Program-made: the position numbers and the translations under genes | From: Gammaproteobacteria bacterium | GTDB lineage: Bacteria > Pseudomonadota > Gammaproteobacteria > Eutrophobiales > Eutrophobiaceae | Length of the DNA: 64,000 nt | Assembly: GCA_965215365.1 (NCBI GenBank) | Contig: CBDCDS010000003.1 | Location: 544,001 to 608,000 of the forward strand | Direction: 5' to 3' | Shown here: positions 18,437 to 29,562 of the stretch, in pieces | Position numbering within the stretch: position 1 is the stretch's first letter | How the letters are laid out: the number at the start of each line of letters is the position of its first letter | Notes under the pieces: model-generated | The model's database searches: none | Told to the model about the DNA's origin: nothing | What the model saw: only the letters and a program-made list of their open reading frames with translations

Positions 18437-19120
18437 ATGGGCATTAACGAACTTGACGTATTACGCTGGCTGCACATCCTGGCTATGGTCTATTGGCTCG
18501 GCGGTGAATGGGGGGTTTTTCAGACCTCTTACAATGTCATCAATCGTGACTTGCCCATGGCTGAACGGCGCCGGCACATGGAGACCGCCTACCGCATCGA
18601 CATTCTTGCCCGCACCGGCATCATCCTGTTGTTGCCGCTGGGCCTGCACATGGGGTCTTTATTGTATATGCACGACTATGGCGGCAGCTGGCTGGTGGTT
18701 ATGTGGCTGGCGTTCGCCGCCTGGCTGTCCCTGACCTTGATGGCCTTCGTTAAACGTGAAACCGATGCCGGCATCCGCTTGACAAAGATCGACGAAGCCA
18801 TTCGCTTTGTCGTTATCCCCTTACTGCTGATTGCCAGCATCAGTTCACTGCTGGGTTACGGGCCGTTCCTCGCCGGAGCCGGCAATGCCTGGTTTGCAAC
18901 CAAGCTGCTGCTCTATGCCTTATTACTGGTGATCGGCCTGAAACTGCGTTTTGTCATGCGTGAGTGGACGGTAATGTTCAGACGCCTCGCTACGGAGGGC
19001 GATTCGCCACAGATAGAAGCTGTGCTGGACCAATCCATCCGCCAGGCGCGCATGTTGGCTTATATTTACTGGGTTGGCATTGCCTCAGTGGCCTTCCTGG
19101 GCGCCACCAAGGCGCTATAG
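18437..19120 (+). CDS. Hypothetical multi-pass membrane protein
   Basis: WLHILAMVYWLGGEWGVF; 6-7 hydrophobic helices. Confidence 0.8.
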   Translation: MGINELDVLRWLHILAMVYWLGGEWGVFQTSYNVINRDLPMAERRRHMETAYRIDILARTGIILLLPLGLHMGSLLYMHDYGGSWLVVMWLAFAAWLSLTLMAFVKRETDAGIRLTKIDEAIRFVVIPLLLIASISSLLGYGPFLAGAGNAWFATKLLLYALLLVIGLKLRFVMREWTVMFRRLATEGDSPQIEAVLDQSIRQARMLAYIYWVGIASVAFLGATKAL

Positions 19121-19140
19121 GTAACCTCTAAACCCCATGC

Positions 19141-19335
19141 TCAGGACGCTGCACACCCCGCTGGCATGTAAGGTCGTTTGCCTATTCTTGCAACAGCAAG
19201 CGTGCGTATTTGGCTGATTTTCACCCATGACTGCCGGGGTAAGCCGTCAATTTCAAGTTTGTAGGTTAGTGGAAAACTGGCGCGTTGTGGTTGGCTCGTG
19301 AGCGCCATAGCAATGATCGTGTTTCTCCTGTGGTT
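19141..19335 (-). pseudogene. PemK/MazF-family toxin fragment
   Basis: TIIAMALTSQPQRASFPLT...SWVKISQIRTL...RIGKR; N-terminal GxRP region missing; 3' end runs into a MITE A remnant. Confidence 0.8.
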
Positions 19336-19391
19336 ATGGTATCCATCGGGGTTTCCCAAACACAAGTCCCGGACGGTTTACTCTGACACCT

Positions 19392-19841
19392 TCACAATAC
19401 GCTGCTCATCCATTTCGCAATCCTGTCGTATAGAACCACATTCACGGCTGCGGCCAGATTAAGACTACCGCTTGATGGGATAATAACTGACTGAGGGCAC
19501 CTATCCACAATACGCTTGCCAAGCGTATGGTCCTCAGCGCCAAAGATATAGAATGCCCGTTGCGGATGTTTGAAATCAGGTAACGGGACAGCCCCGTCAA
19601 GAATATCCACCGCTACGGGCACACAGCTGTATGGCAGCGCTTCAAAGACATCGTTCGCAATGACCGTAGGAATGGTTCGATAGGCTTTCATGGTATCGGT
19701 TGGATGATTCATGTACTTCGCGATTCGATTTCCGCTGATTACTACCAACGATGCCCCGAATATGCCTGCTGCCCGCAATGCTCCGCCGACGTTCTCCGGA
19801 TCTTTTATATTGTCCAGCGCGACTGCAGCAAAACCTTTCAT
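19392..19841 (-). CDS. SpoU/TrmH family RNA methyltransferase
   Basis: LDNIKDPENVG, YIFGAED, SLNLAAAVNVVLYDR. Confidence 0.9.
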   Translation of the reverse strand: MKGFAAVALDNIKDPENVGGALRAAGIFGASLVVISGNRIAKYMNHPTDTMKAYRTIPTVIANDVFEALPYSCVPVAVDILDGAVPLPDFKHPQRAFYIFGAEDHTLGKRIVDRCPQSVIIPSSGSLNLAAAVNVVLYDRIAKWMSSVL

Positions 19842-19871
19842 TCAGCGTCGGCCCGTCAGTTGTGTTGCCGC

Positions 19872-20780
19872 CTATGCCGCCTTGGCGGCGGGAAACACCC
19901 CGGCGCGAGTGAGCATGGCGGGCATGGGGGCGTTCAGAGGCCCTTCCAGCCACTTCGCAGTGTCGATGATTTTATTGATGTCGATACCGGTCTCAAAACC
20001 CATGCGCCGGATCATGTATAGCAGGTCTTCGGTCGCCACGTTGCCGGTTGCGGCCGGGGCGAACGGACAGCCGCCGACGCCGCCGCAGCTGGCATCGAAG
20101 GAGCGGACGCCTTCCTGTATGGCCGCGTAGGTGTTTGCCACCGCAGTATTGCGGGTGTTATGGAAATGGCAGCCCAGGACCAGGTCGGGCTCAAGGCTGC
20201 TGATGCGGCTTATCATGGCGGCAACATCCGACGGGCCGGCGGCGCCGATGGTGTCTGCCAGGGAAATTTCGTGATACCCCATTGCCGCCAGACGCTGCAC
20301 CAGATTGACTACCCTCTCCATCGGCATTTCACCCTCGAAAGGGCAACCGAAGGCGGCGCTGATAGTCACTGCCTTGCCGATGCCGGCGGCTTCAACTTCC
20401 CGGGTTAGCTGCCCGACCAGTGCCATGGTCTGTTCCGTGGTGGCGCCCTGGTTACGGGTACTGAAGGTGTCCGAGGCCACCACCGCACATTTTACCTCAT
20501 CGACCTTGCAGGCCAGGGCGCGTTCGAAGCCGCGCAGGTTCAGCGCCAGCCCGATGTATGATACGTCCGCGCGTTGCGGCAGGCCGCGCACCACCTCTTC
20601 TGCATCCGCCATCTGCGGAACCCGCTTGGGATTGACGAAACTGGCCACCTCCATGCGTCGGATACCGGCGTCTATGAGCCGGCGGATCAATTCCAGTTTG
20701 TGCTCGACGCTCAATAGCACCGGCTGGCTTTGCAGGCCGTCGCGGGGACTGACATCGACGATTTCAACGCATTTCGACAT
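19872..20780 (-). CDS. Hydroxymethylglutaryl-CoA lyase
   Basis: VSPRDGLQ, FGCPFEG, HFHNTR, GGCPFAPAATGNVATED. Confidence 0.95.
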   Translation of the reverse strand: MSKCVEIVDVSPRDGLQSQPVLLSVEHKLELIRRLIDAGIRRMEVASFVNPKRVPQMADAEEVVRGLPQRADVSYIGLALNLRGFERALACKVDEVKCAVVASDTFSTRNQGATTEQTMALVGQLTREVEAAGIGKAVTISAAFGCPFEGEMPMERVVNLVQRLAAMGYHEISLADTIGAAGPSDVAAMISRISSLEPDLVLGCHFHNTRNTAVANTYAAIQEGVRSFDASCGGVGGCPFAPAATGNVATEDLLYMIRRMGFETGIDINKIIDTAKWLEGPLNAPMPAMLTRAGVFPAAKAA

Positions 20781-20803
20781 GACTGGTCTCTTCTGAGGTT
20801 CCT

Positions 20804-20860
20804 TAACCCGCATATCGCATCACTTGGTGAGATATACGGGCTAGTGAGATATGCGGGTTA
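20804..20860. repeat. MITE family B collapsed copy with an extra right end
   Basis: TA-ACCCGCATATC...GGTGAGATATACGGGC-TA-GTGAGATATGCGGGT-TA. Confidence 0.8.
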
Positions 20861-20991
20861 AATGCTTTCAGGGCGGCTATAATACACCATCGACCATGAG
20901 GCCGTCATTCACTTCCTGCTCAAGATGGTAACTGACAACTATGACCCCGATGGGGTATTCCCCGATTTCACCGGACGCTGACCGGCACAGG

Positions 20992-22026
20992 ATGAAGATC
21001 TGCGTGATTATGCTCGCCAAAAAATTTGGCGGGGCGGAACGTTTTTTTGTCGATTTGACCAATGACCTGGCGCGCCGCGGCCATGAGGTTCTTGCCATTG
21101 CCAATGTCCGCTCAAACGCAGCAAAGCGCATCGAAGCGCGGCACAACCTCAAGTGTGCAACGCTGCGGACGCTGGGTCCCTGGGACCTGCTGGCGGCGCG
21201 GAAAATCCTCAGATGGGTCAGGGAGTTTGCCCCGGACATCATCCAGACCTCGCTGGGACGCGCCGCGCACCTGGCCGGCACGGCGGCGCGGCAACTCAAC
21301 ATCCCGCTGGTGGCGCACACGCATGATTTTGTGGACCTGAAATATTTCCGGCATACCCGCATGTTCACGCCCACCACCCGGGCGCAACGGGACTACCTTG
21401 TCGGGCAGGGCATTGCCGCCGAAAGGATACGATTGATCCCCAATTTCTCCGATTTCCCTCCGGTCACCGAGGTTCGCTGCCGCCCGACAGTGACAAAAAT
21501 TGTCGCCCACGGCAGGTTTGTGCAGAAAAAAGGTTTCGACCTGTTGTTGCGCAGCTTCAGCCGGTTGGTGGCGGCCGATGTACGCTTGTATATCGCCGGA
21601 GACGGTGTGGAACGGCGCCGGCTGACGCAGTTAGCAAAGCGCCTGAAGCTGGGCAACAGGGTTTGTTTTGTTGGCTGGCAGGACGATATACGCGATTTCC
21701 TGCTGCAGGGCGATCTGTTCGTGCTGCCCTCCAGGTATGAGCCGTTCGGTATCGCCGTGCTGGAAGCGATGGCCTGCGGCCTCCCCATCATCGCCACCCG
21801 CTGCCACGGCCCGGTGGAAATTCTGGCTGAGGCCAGTGCCTGGCTTTGTGAGGCGCAGGAGGAGTCGTTGACTGCGGCGTTGCAGGCGGCTATTGACCAC
21901 CCTGAGGCGCGCGCGCAGCGCGCACGGGCGGCATGGGCAGTGTTCCAGGAGCGTTATGCCGCCGAGCAGGTGGTGCCGAGGTTTGAGCGGTTATATGAGA
22001 GTTTGCAGCCAATACGCAGGCCGTGA
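20992..22026 (+). CDS. Glycosyltransferase family 4
   Basis: GGAER, GRFVQKKGFD, PSRYEPFGIAVLEAMACGLP. Confidence 0.95.
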   Translation: MKICVIMLAKKFGGAERFFVDLTNDLARRGHEVLAIANVRSNAAKRIEARHNLKCATLRTLGPWDLLAARKILRWVREFAPDIIQTSLGRAAHLAGTAARQLNIPLVAHTHDFVDLKYFRHTRMFTPTTRAQRDYLVGQGIAAERIRLIPNFSDFPPVTEVRCRPTVTKIVAHGRFVQKKGFDLLLRSFSRLVAADVRLYIAGDGVERRRLTQLAKRLKLGNRVCFVGWQDDIRDFLLQGDLFVLPSRYEPFGIAVLEAMACGLPIIATRCHGPVEILAEASAWLCEAQEESLTAALQAAIDHPEARAQRARAAWAVFQERYAAEQVVPRFERLYESLQPIRRP

Positions 22027-23232
22027 GCAGCCATAAAAAACCACTCCAATAGGAACCGTAAAACGCCAGGTGCGCATTCAGCGGGAAGGTTGCGGCCAGT
22101 AAAGCCGCAGCCCAGGCGCCGCTGCCGGTGGCGTGCCTGGAGCGCCACCAATAGCGCAGTATGGTAAGGTAAAACAGGATAAACCCGAGCAGCCCTGGCA
22201 CCCCGGTTTCGACTGCGATTTCCAGAAAAACCAGGTGCGGATGGGTCTGGCCATCCTGCCCCTGGCGCATGAAGTGGTTGTCTGCGTCCGCATACCTGCC
22301 GTAGGCATAGCGGAACCCCCTGGGGCCGACCCCATTCAGCCAGTTGTCCTGAAACATGTTCAGCGCCGTGTCCCAGATCGGCGTGCGCATGGAGGTTGCC
22401 CGTTCGGCCTGGTATTCACTGCTGACAATGCCGGTCAGTAACACCATGCGGCGGTTGAGGTCCGGGCTCTTGAAATATAGGCTGCCCACCAGTGCCACGG
22501 CGCCGCACAAGGCACCGGCGATGATATACCGGGCGCGGGCCGACAGTGTTACAAACACCAGCGGCAGGTAGGCGGACAAGCCAATCAGCAACATCAGCCA
22601 GGCGCTGCGCCGGCCGCCCAGCACCACCACCACGGCAAACGGAATCAGCAGTAACCAGGGGTAGGGACTGTCACGGTTCAGGTTCCTGACAGCTTCCAAG
22701 GCCACGGGGACCAGCACCGCGAGAATGATTCCCAAGCGCAGTTTCGGATAAAACATCCCGCTCAACATCCCATCCTGGTGGGGGTAGCCGAGCAGGTTGG
22801 TCCCGGTGGCGTACTGGATCAGTCCGTCCACGCACCAGAAAATCACGATGAGCAGCAGTGCCAGAGACAGGCGGGCGAGGTGGCCGGGCCGCCGCAGTTC
22901 CTGCAGGATGAAGACCCCGCAAAACAGGTACAGCGGGTAGAGCAAGGCGAGCTTGCCCGAACGCTCCAGGTTCACAGCGCCGACCAGGGACGCAAGTTGC
23001 GGCACCCACAGGCACAGGAACAGCCACAGCAATACCTGCAGCGCCCGCTCCCGGTAGAGTCGGTGCGGCGCCCGACCGAGCCGGTACATGCCCAGTGCCG
23101 CCATGATGCCCAGCGGGATGAGGAACAGAGTTTCGGCTGACAGCAGCAGCAACGCAGCGGCGACCAGTATCCAGGCCTGGTTATCTTTAATGCACCGGAT
23201 AACAACACGGTAATTGAATGCGGATATTGTCA

Positions 23233-23233
<1 letters not shown>
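21890..23233 (-). CDS. O-antigen ligase family protein
   Basis: GRRSAW, RTPIW..AL.MF...WLNGVG, HPHLVFLEIAVETG. Confidence 0.9.
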
Positions 23234-24339
<1,106 letters not shown>

Positions 24340-25371
24340 TCACAGGTCGCGCCGGGAGATAAACATGGCGTCACCATAACTGAAAAACCGGTAGCTTGTC
24401 GCCACCGCGTGCCGGTAGGCGCGCAAAATATTCTCCGGTCCCGCAAACGCGCACACCAGCAGCAACAACGTGGAGCCGGGCAGGTGGAAGTTGGTAATCA
24501 TGGCATCCACGGTGCCGAACTCATAGCCGGGGTAGATAAAGATGTCGGTCTCTCCCTGAAACGGTTGCAGCCGACCCGCCACCGTGGCCGCTTCCAAACA
24601 GCGCACCGAGGTGGTGCCTACGGCGATGACCCGACGGCCGGCCTGCCGCGCCGCGCGCACCTGCTCACACACCTGTTTACTGACCTCAAACCACTCGCTG
24701 TGCATGCGGTGGTTTTCAATAACATCTGCCCGGATGGGCTGAAAAGTCCCGGCCCCGATGTGCAGGGTAACATAAGCGCATTGTACTCCCTTGCCCTGCA
24801 GTTCCCCGAGCAGCGCGCGGGTAAAGTGCAGGCCCGCAGTCGGCGCCGCCACCGCGCCGGGCCGGCGCGCGTACACGGTCTGGTAGCGCTGTGCATCAAG
24901 CGCTTCAGCGCGGCGCCGGATGTAAGGCGGCAAGGGTATGTGTCCCTGTTGTTCCAGCACCTCAGCCAGACCGCCGCCGTCCGCCCGTTCCAGTTCAAAC
25001 AGGCCATCCCGGCGGCCGCAGACTCGCAGTTCAATGCCACCGTCCAGACTCAGCAGGTCATCCTGTTTGGGCGCCTTGCTGGCCTGCACCTGGGCCAGGC
25101 ATTTGTACCCATCGAGCAGGCGCTCTAACATGATCTCAACCCGCCCGCCGGTGGCCTTGCGTGCAAATAGCCGGGCCGGGAGCACCCGGGTGTCGTTGAA
25201 TACCAACAGGTCGCCTGCGTCCACCAGCGAGAGAACCTCACGGAACTGCCGATCGGCATACTCGCCGGTTACACCGTCCAGCGCCAGCAACCGGGAAGCA
25301 TCCCGTACCGACGCCGGATACTGAGCAATCAATTCCTCCGGCAGGTCAAAGTGGAAATCCTGGCGCAACAT
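24340..25371 (-). CDS. queA: SAM:tRNA ribosyltransferase-isomerase
   Basis: FDLPEELIAQYP, PLPPYI, AAPTAGLHF, YRFFSYGDAM. Confidence 0.99.
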   Translation of the reverse strand: MLRQDFHFDLPEELIAQYPASVRDASRLLALDGVTGEYADRQFREVLSLVDAGDLLVFNDTRVLPARLFARKATGGRVEIMLERLLDGYKCLAQVQASKAPKQDDLLSLDGGIELRVCGRRDGLFELERADGGGLAEVLEQQGHIPLPPYIRRRAEALDAQRYQTVYARRPGAVAAPTAGLHFTRALLGELQGKGVQCAYVTLHIGAGTFQPIRADVIENHRMHSEWFEVSKQVCEQVRAARQAGRRVIAVGTTSVRCLEAATVAGRLQPFQGETDIFIYPGYEFGTVDAMITNFHLPGSTLLLLVCAFAGPENILRAYRHAVATSYRFFSYGDAMFISRRDL

Positions 25372-25443
25372 GGCCGCAGAGTTTAACAAGAAACCAGTGC
25401 GCAAGTGTGCTTTCTGCTATACTTCCCCGGCTTTTCATCACCC

Positions 25444-25530
25444 GCCGGGGTGGCGGAACTGGTAGACGCGCCGGACTCAAAATCCGGTTCTGGCAACAGA
25501 GTGAGAGTTCGAGTCTCTCTCCCGGCACCA
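25444..25530 (+). tRNA. tRNA-Leu(CAA)
   Basis: Cloverleaf with long variable arm; anticodon arm CCGGA-CTCAAAA-TCCGG; GTTCGAG; 3' CCA. Confidence 0.97.
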
Positions 25531-25623
25531 TTTTTCTACCGTTCAATGCGGGCCTAGTACTCTTTCCATTTAATTCTGACCGGTTCAGAGCTAACCAGCG
25601 CTGCCAGGACAAGGCGCAGCCCG

Positions 25624-25751
25624 CAGGGAATGGCGCGCCCTTATCAAGGGCTGTAACGCCGTATTGGCGGCGCTGGTCAGCTCCCTGCGGGCGGGCCGGG
25701 AAGCGGTCGCGCGCGGCGTTACACCGCTTGGCAAGGACACGCCATTCCCTG
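25624..25751. mobile_element. 128-bp MITE with about 38-bp imperfect TIRs starting CAGGG (ISAs1-like)
   Basis: CAGGGAATGGCGCGCCCTTATCAAGGGCTGTAACGCCG versus right-end reverse complement CAGGGAATGGCGTGTCCTTGCCAAGCGGTGTAACGCCG. Confidence 0.7.
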
Positions 25752-26174
25752 CGCGGCGCTCGAGTTGGCCGGTGACCCGGATGAGCACCTCCGGGCCGAG
25801 GTCTGCGGCCCAGCGTTTGAGGCGCTGGGGCGACCACTGTTTCTGGGCCCGGTGGCGCTCGGGCATGTGAGCCGGACAGGTGGTAAAGCCGTAGCCGTCC
25901 CGGCGGGGATGGGTAGCGATGCAGCGTTGGCGGATGTAGGGTTTAATCAAGGTGCTGGTAGCGTGCAGTTCGAGCCGCTCGCCGACTAAGTGGTGCGGCA
26001 CGGAGTAGTAATGCTGGCGGTACTGAACAGGGTTGCCGCCCGGTTGAGCAGCTTCTGCACCCCGCCGACACTGAGCTTGGTACTGCGGCTGATGGCGCGG
26101 ATGGACAGGCCGGCTTGCAGCCGGAGCCGTAAGGTCTCTCGTAGTTTACGCATGGTCACTCGCTGGGTTGGCAT
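25752..26174 (-). pseudogene. istA: IS21-family transposase IstA remnant, internally deleted
   Basis: MPTQRVTMRKLRETLRLRLQAGLSIRAISRS N-terminus joined to HYYSVPHHLVG...TT.PAHMPERHR...WSPQRLKRWA. Confidence 0.85.
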
Positions 26175-26220
26175 GACATGATGGCCAGATGTTTGGTGGT
26201 AAATAAATGAAACTTTCTTA

Positions 26221-26372
26221 GGGCAACCTCTAAAAATACCCTCCGTGGTATTTTTAGAAGCGGAAATGAAAAAGTGTGATTTTTCATTTCCTTCATTTTC
26301 AAGCACTTACGTGACTAAAAATGGCAGCACATCCCTGTGCTGCACGGGCACCTCTAATTAATAGAGGTGCCC
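26221..26372 (+). mobile_element. MITE family A full copy
   Basis: GGGCAACCTCTAAAAA...TAGAGGTGCCC with the conserved core. Confidence 0.88.
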
Positions 26373-26576
26373 ATCATGGCTATGATGTTATCCAGTGGCC
26401 CAAAAAAGGTTGACCCTACAGGCCATTGGCATTATCTTCATGTCAGCATTGAGGATGGATGCGTGCACGAGTTGCGCCCTTCGAACGAGTTGGAAACGCC
26501 CGTATAGGGTGTTTGTCTGTAGCGTCCTATGGATGCAGAACAAGGAATATATTCATCAATATGAGGATATCCAACT

Positions 26577-27131
26577 ATGTACAGCGAACGTAGAACTGCT
26601 CAAATGGCAGCTTTCATGTTGCTTCGGTGTGGTGGACAAATGTCCCACTTGAAGCTGATGAAACTGTTGTATCTTGCAGATCGCGAAGCAGTTAAGCGTT
26701 ATGGCCGATCCATATCAGAAGACTATGCTGTAGCAATGCCCCATGGCCCGGTACTGTCGATGACTTTAGACCTGATGAGCGGCAACTGCGATCCGGAGCC
26801 TGACGGTTGGGGCACTTGGATATCAGCGAAAGCCGACCACAAGGTTTCTCTCCTGAACGAACCCGAAATTGATGACTTAGATGAGCTGAGCGTCTCTGAC
26901 CTGGAAGTGCTCGAGGCAGTCTGGCAAAAATTCGGCCACATGGACCGTTGGCAAATTCGAGATTGGGCCCATGAAAACTGCCCTGAATGGAAAGATCCTG
27001 GAGGATCGTCAAATCCAATCACTAACGAGGACTTGTACAAAGCAGTGGGTTACACGCCCGAAGCCATATCGGAATTGTTGGATGAGTTTAAGACTCATCG
27101 AAGAGTAGATGCTATCTTCAGTAATTTGTGA
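26577..27131 (+). CDS. Panacea (DUF4065/SocA-like) antitoxin
   Basis: LKLMKLLYLADRE, MPHGPV, HENCPEW. Confidence 0.9.
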   Translation: MYSERRTAQMAAFMLLRCGGQMSHLKLMKLLYLADREAVKRYGRSISEDYAVAMPHGPVLSMTLDLMSGNCDPEPDGWGTWISAKADHKVSLLNEPEIDDLDELSVSDLEVLEAVWQKFGHMDRWQIRDWAHENCPEWKDPGGSSNPITNEDLYKAVGYTPEAISELLDEFKTHRRVDAIFSNL

Positions 27132-27538
27132 GTCTGTTCATACCCTATTCTCGGGCCACAATCCTTATACCGTCCGGCCCCATTTCTGATCCCGATCGCT
27201 ATCACCTTTTCATTGTCATTAACGACCCTGTTCCGCATAGCGGAGAGGGAGAAGTTTTACTGGTGTCTGTAAGCACTGTGAAGGCGCAATCCTATTATGA
27301 CCAAACCTGCTTACTGAGTGCTGGTTGCCATGAATTTATCAAACGCGACAGCTTTGTAGATTATGGAAAGGCGCGGATCGAGTCTGTTCAGAAACTCATG
27401 TATGGCGTGTCACAGGGCAATCTTATCCCCAAACAGCCAATGGATGATGAACCATTTCAAAGAGTCCGCGCCGGACTGTTTTCCTCGCCGCACACCAAGA
27501 AGAAAATCAAGCAATTTCTGGGCAAACTCACGGGTTAA
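27128..27538 (+). CDS. Putative toxin partner of Panacea (possibly PemK-like fold)
   Basis: GTGA overlap; HLFIVINDP, LLVSVST, CLLSAGCHEFIKRDSFVDY. Confidence 0.65.
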   Translation: MSLFIPYSRATILIPSGPISDPDRYHLFIVINDPVPHSGEGEVLLVSVSTVKAQSYYDQTCLLSAGCHEFIKRDSFVDYGKARIESVQKLMYGVSQGNLIPKQPMDDEPFQRVRAGLFSSPHTKKKIKQFLGKLTG

Positions 27539-27810
27539 CCCGCATATCTCACCAAGTGATGCGAAGATCGCGCCGGATTTTGTGCGCTTGCGGGTGCCGG
27601 CGAACGAAAGCATAGTGGTTCTCTGGTTGAGTGACAAATCGGCAGGACTGCCGATTTGCACGGCGTCAGCCGCCCGTAGGGTTGCGTCCATGGATGGACG
27701 CAATGAACAGGTGCCCGCAGGCGCACAAAAGACCAGCGAGGGCGTATCAAGCGCAGTGTGTTATGCGGAAAGAGCATCAGTCGTTCGTTACCAGCAAGGC
27801 TCAATAACGA
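27538..27810 (+). mobile_element. MITE family B long copy (right end degraded)
   Basis: Begins at the TA of the toxin stop codon; blocks shared with 29311-29551 and 52586-52717. Confidence 0.8.
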
Positions 27811-27853
27811 CCGCGCAAAACTGTTGCTGACGAAGCCGGTTGTCGGCACTGGC

Positions 27854-28564
27854 CTATTTAATCGCCAGGAAACCCTCGAAGCTGACGTATTTCATCACCG
27901 TCATCACATCGGTGAAACCGGCCCGGTGCAGCAGGCCTGAGTTGCCGGCGCTGGAGAAGGGTTTGAGCACACCTTTTAAGCTTAACTCCTTGTTCAGTAT
28001 TTCCTCGGCGCTGAAGCCGTTGCGCTGTTTGAACTCCCGGTACAGGCAGGACATCATGTCCTGAAAACGGGAGTCCGGCGCGCCGACTTTCTCAAACAGG
28101 ACGAACGCGCCACCCCAGTTCAAGGCCTGGTGGATTTTGTCGAACAGCGCCTGGCGCTGTCGTTCCTCGATGAACTGTATGGTGTAATAGGCGATGATCA
28201 TGTCGGCCTGCCCGAGCTCGCCGGTGCCGATGTCCTCACAACGTAACTCCACATTGTCCAGCCCGGCGCAGGTGTTGGTGGCCTGTTCAATCATGGCCTG
28301 TTCCCGGTCCAGCCCGACCCAGCGCACGCCGGGTTTGTGTGCATGGCGCCTTGCCAGTTGTTGCAGCAGGAGGCCGGTGGCACAGCCCAGATCATATACG
28401 GTACTGTCTGGCGCCACGAAGAAGTCACTCAGGTAACAGATGAGCTCGTGCCCGTCTGCGTAATAGGGAATGGAACGCCTGGCATGGTCGGGAAACGCGG
28501 CCGCCACCGCACCGTCGAACGACCAGGCGGAGCGTTGGGCGCGGATGCCGGCGTCGACTTTCAT
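27854..28564 (-). CDS. CmoA-like SAM-dependent methyltransferase
   Basis: WSFD..VA..F.DHARRSIPYY, YDLGCATG, LFEKV. Confidence 0.82.
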   Translation of the reverse strand: MKVDAGIRAQRSAWSFDGAVAAAFPDHARRSIPYYADGHELICYLSDFFVAPDSTVYDLGCATGLLLQQLARRHAHKPGVRWVGLDREQAMIEQATNTCAGLDNVELRCEDIGTGELGQADMIIAYYTIQFIEERQRQALFDKIHQALNWGGAFVLFEKVGAPDSRFQDMMSCLYREFKQRNGFSAEEILNKELSLKGVLKPFSSAGNSGLLHRAGFTDVMTVMKYVSFEGFLAIK

Positions 28565-28568
28565 ATCC

Positions 28569-29318
28569 TCATAGCGCAGGGCGGTTGTGCCGCGCCTCGC
28601 CGCCCAAGCGTAAAATTGCCGCCACCAGCGCCGCCGTCGCCGCCTTCAGGCGCGCCGCATCGGTGCCGCGCAGCACCAGGTTCACCCCCAGTTTGCCTTT
28701 TCTGAAGTAGGGATAACTGCCCATACTGATGTCGGGATATTGTTCCTGCAATGCACCCAGGTCGGCGGCGAGCTCGCTTTCCGGCAGGTTGGTGGTGACG
28801 TTGTCCGTGATGATGGGGTCGCCGCCCACGAGCCGGTCGGTCAGTCCGTCGAACATGGCTTCCATAATGGCCGGCACGCCGGGCAGCACAAACACGTTCT
28901 CCAGCTGAAACCCCGGCGCGCCGCTGACGGGGTTGTCAATCAGGCGGGCACCGGCCGGGATGTCCGCCATTTTCAGCCGGGCCTCGGTCAGGCGTTTGGG
29001 TTCGTAGTAGCGATCCAGTGCTTGGCGCGCGTCTTCATTACGCAACAGTTCCACGTTGAAGGCGCTGGCCACGGCCGCGGCGGTGATATCGTCATGGGTG
29101 GGCCCGATGCCGCCGGTGGTGAACACGTAGGTAAACCGCGCGCGGCAGGTATTGACCGCCTCGACAATAGCCGTTTCGGTGTCTGCAATAACCCGCGCCT
29201 CGGTCAGCCGGATACCTAGGGCATCGCATTTCCCGCCGATGAGGGCCAGGTTGGCATCCTGGGTGCGGCCGGACAGGATTTCATTGCCGATGATGATCAG
29301 GCCGGCGCTAACCCGCAT
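28569..29318 (-). CDS. CinA-like molybdopterin-binding protein
   Basis: IIIGNEILSGRTQDAN, TTGGIGPTHDDIT, LPGVP. Confidence 0.93.
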   Translation of the reverse strand: MRVSAGLIIIGNEILSGRTQDANLALIGGKCDALGIRLTEARVIADTETAIVEAVNTCRARFTYVFTTGGIGPTHDDITAAAVASAFNVELLRNEDARQALDRYYEPKRLTEARLKMADIPAGARLIDNPVSGAPGFQLENVFVLPGVPAIMEAMFDGLTDRLVGGDPIITDNVTTNLPESELAADLGALQEQYPDISMGSYPYFRKGKLGVNLVLRGTDAARLKAATAALVAAILRLGGEARHNRPAL

Positions 29319-29551
29319 ATCTCACCCAGTCGCTTGTTGCATTGTGGAACATTTTTGCTCTCAATAAGTGATGATCATACTGCTGCTCTTTCCGCATAAC
29401 CCACTGCGCTTGATGCGCCCTCGCGGGTCTTGGTTCTGCCTGCGGGCACGTGCTTGTTCAACCATAGCTACCGCTATGGTTTCGGGCGCAGGCACCCGCA
29501 GGCAGAACCAATCCGGCGCGATCTTCGCATCACTTGGTGAGATCTGCGGGC
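29311..29551 (-). mobile_element. MITE family B complete copy, TA target duplication (IS630-like)
   Basis: TA-ACCCGCATATCTCACC ... GGTGAGATCTGCGGGC-TA. Confidence 0.9.
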
Positions 29552-29562
29552 TAATCGGGTCA

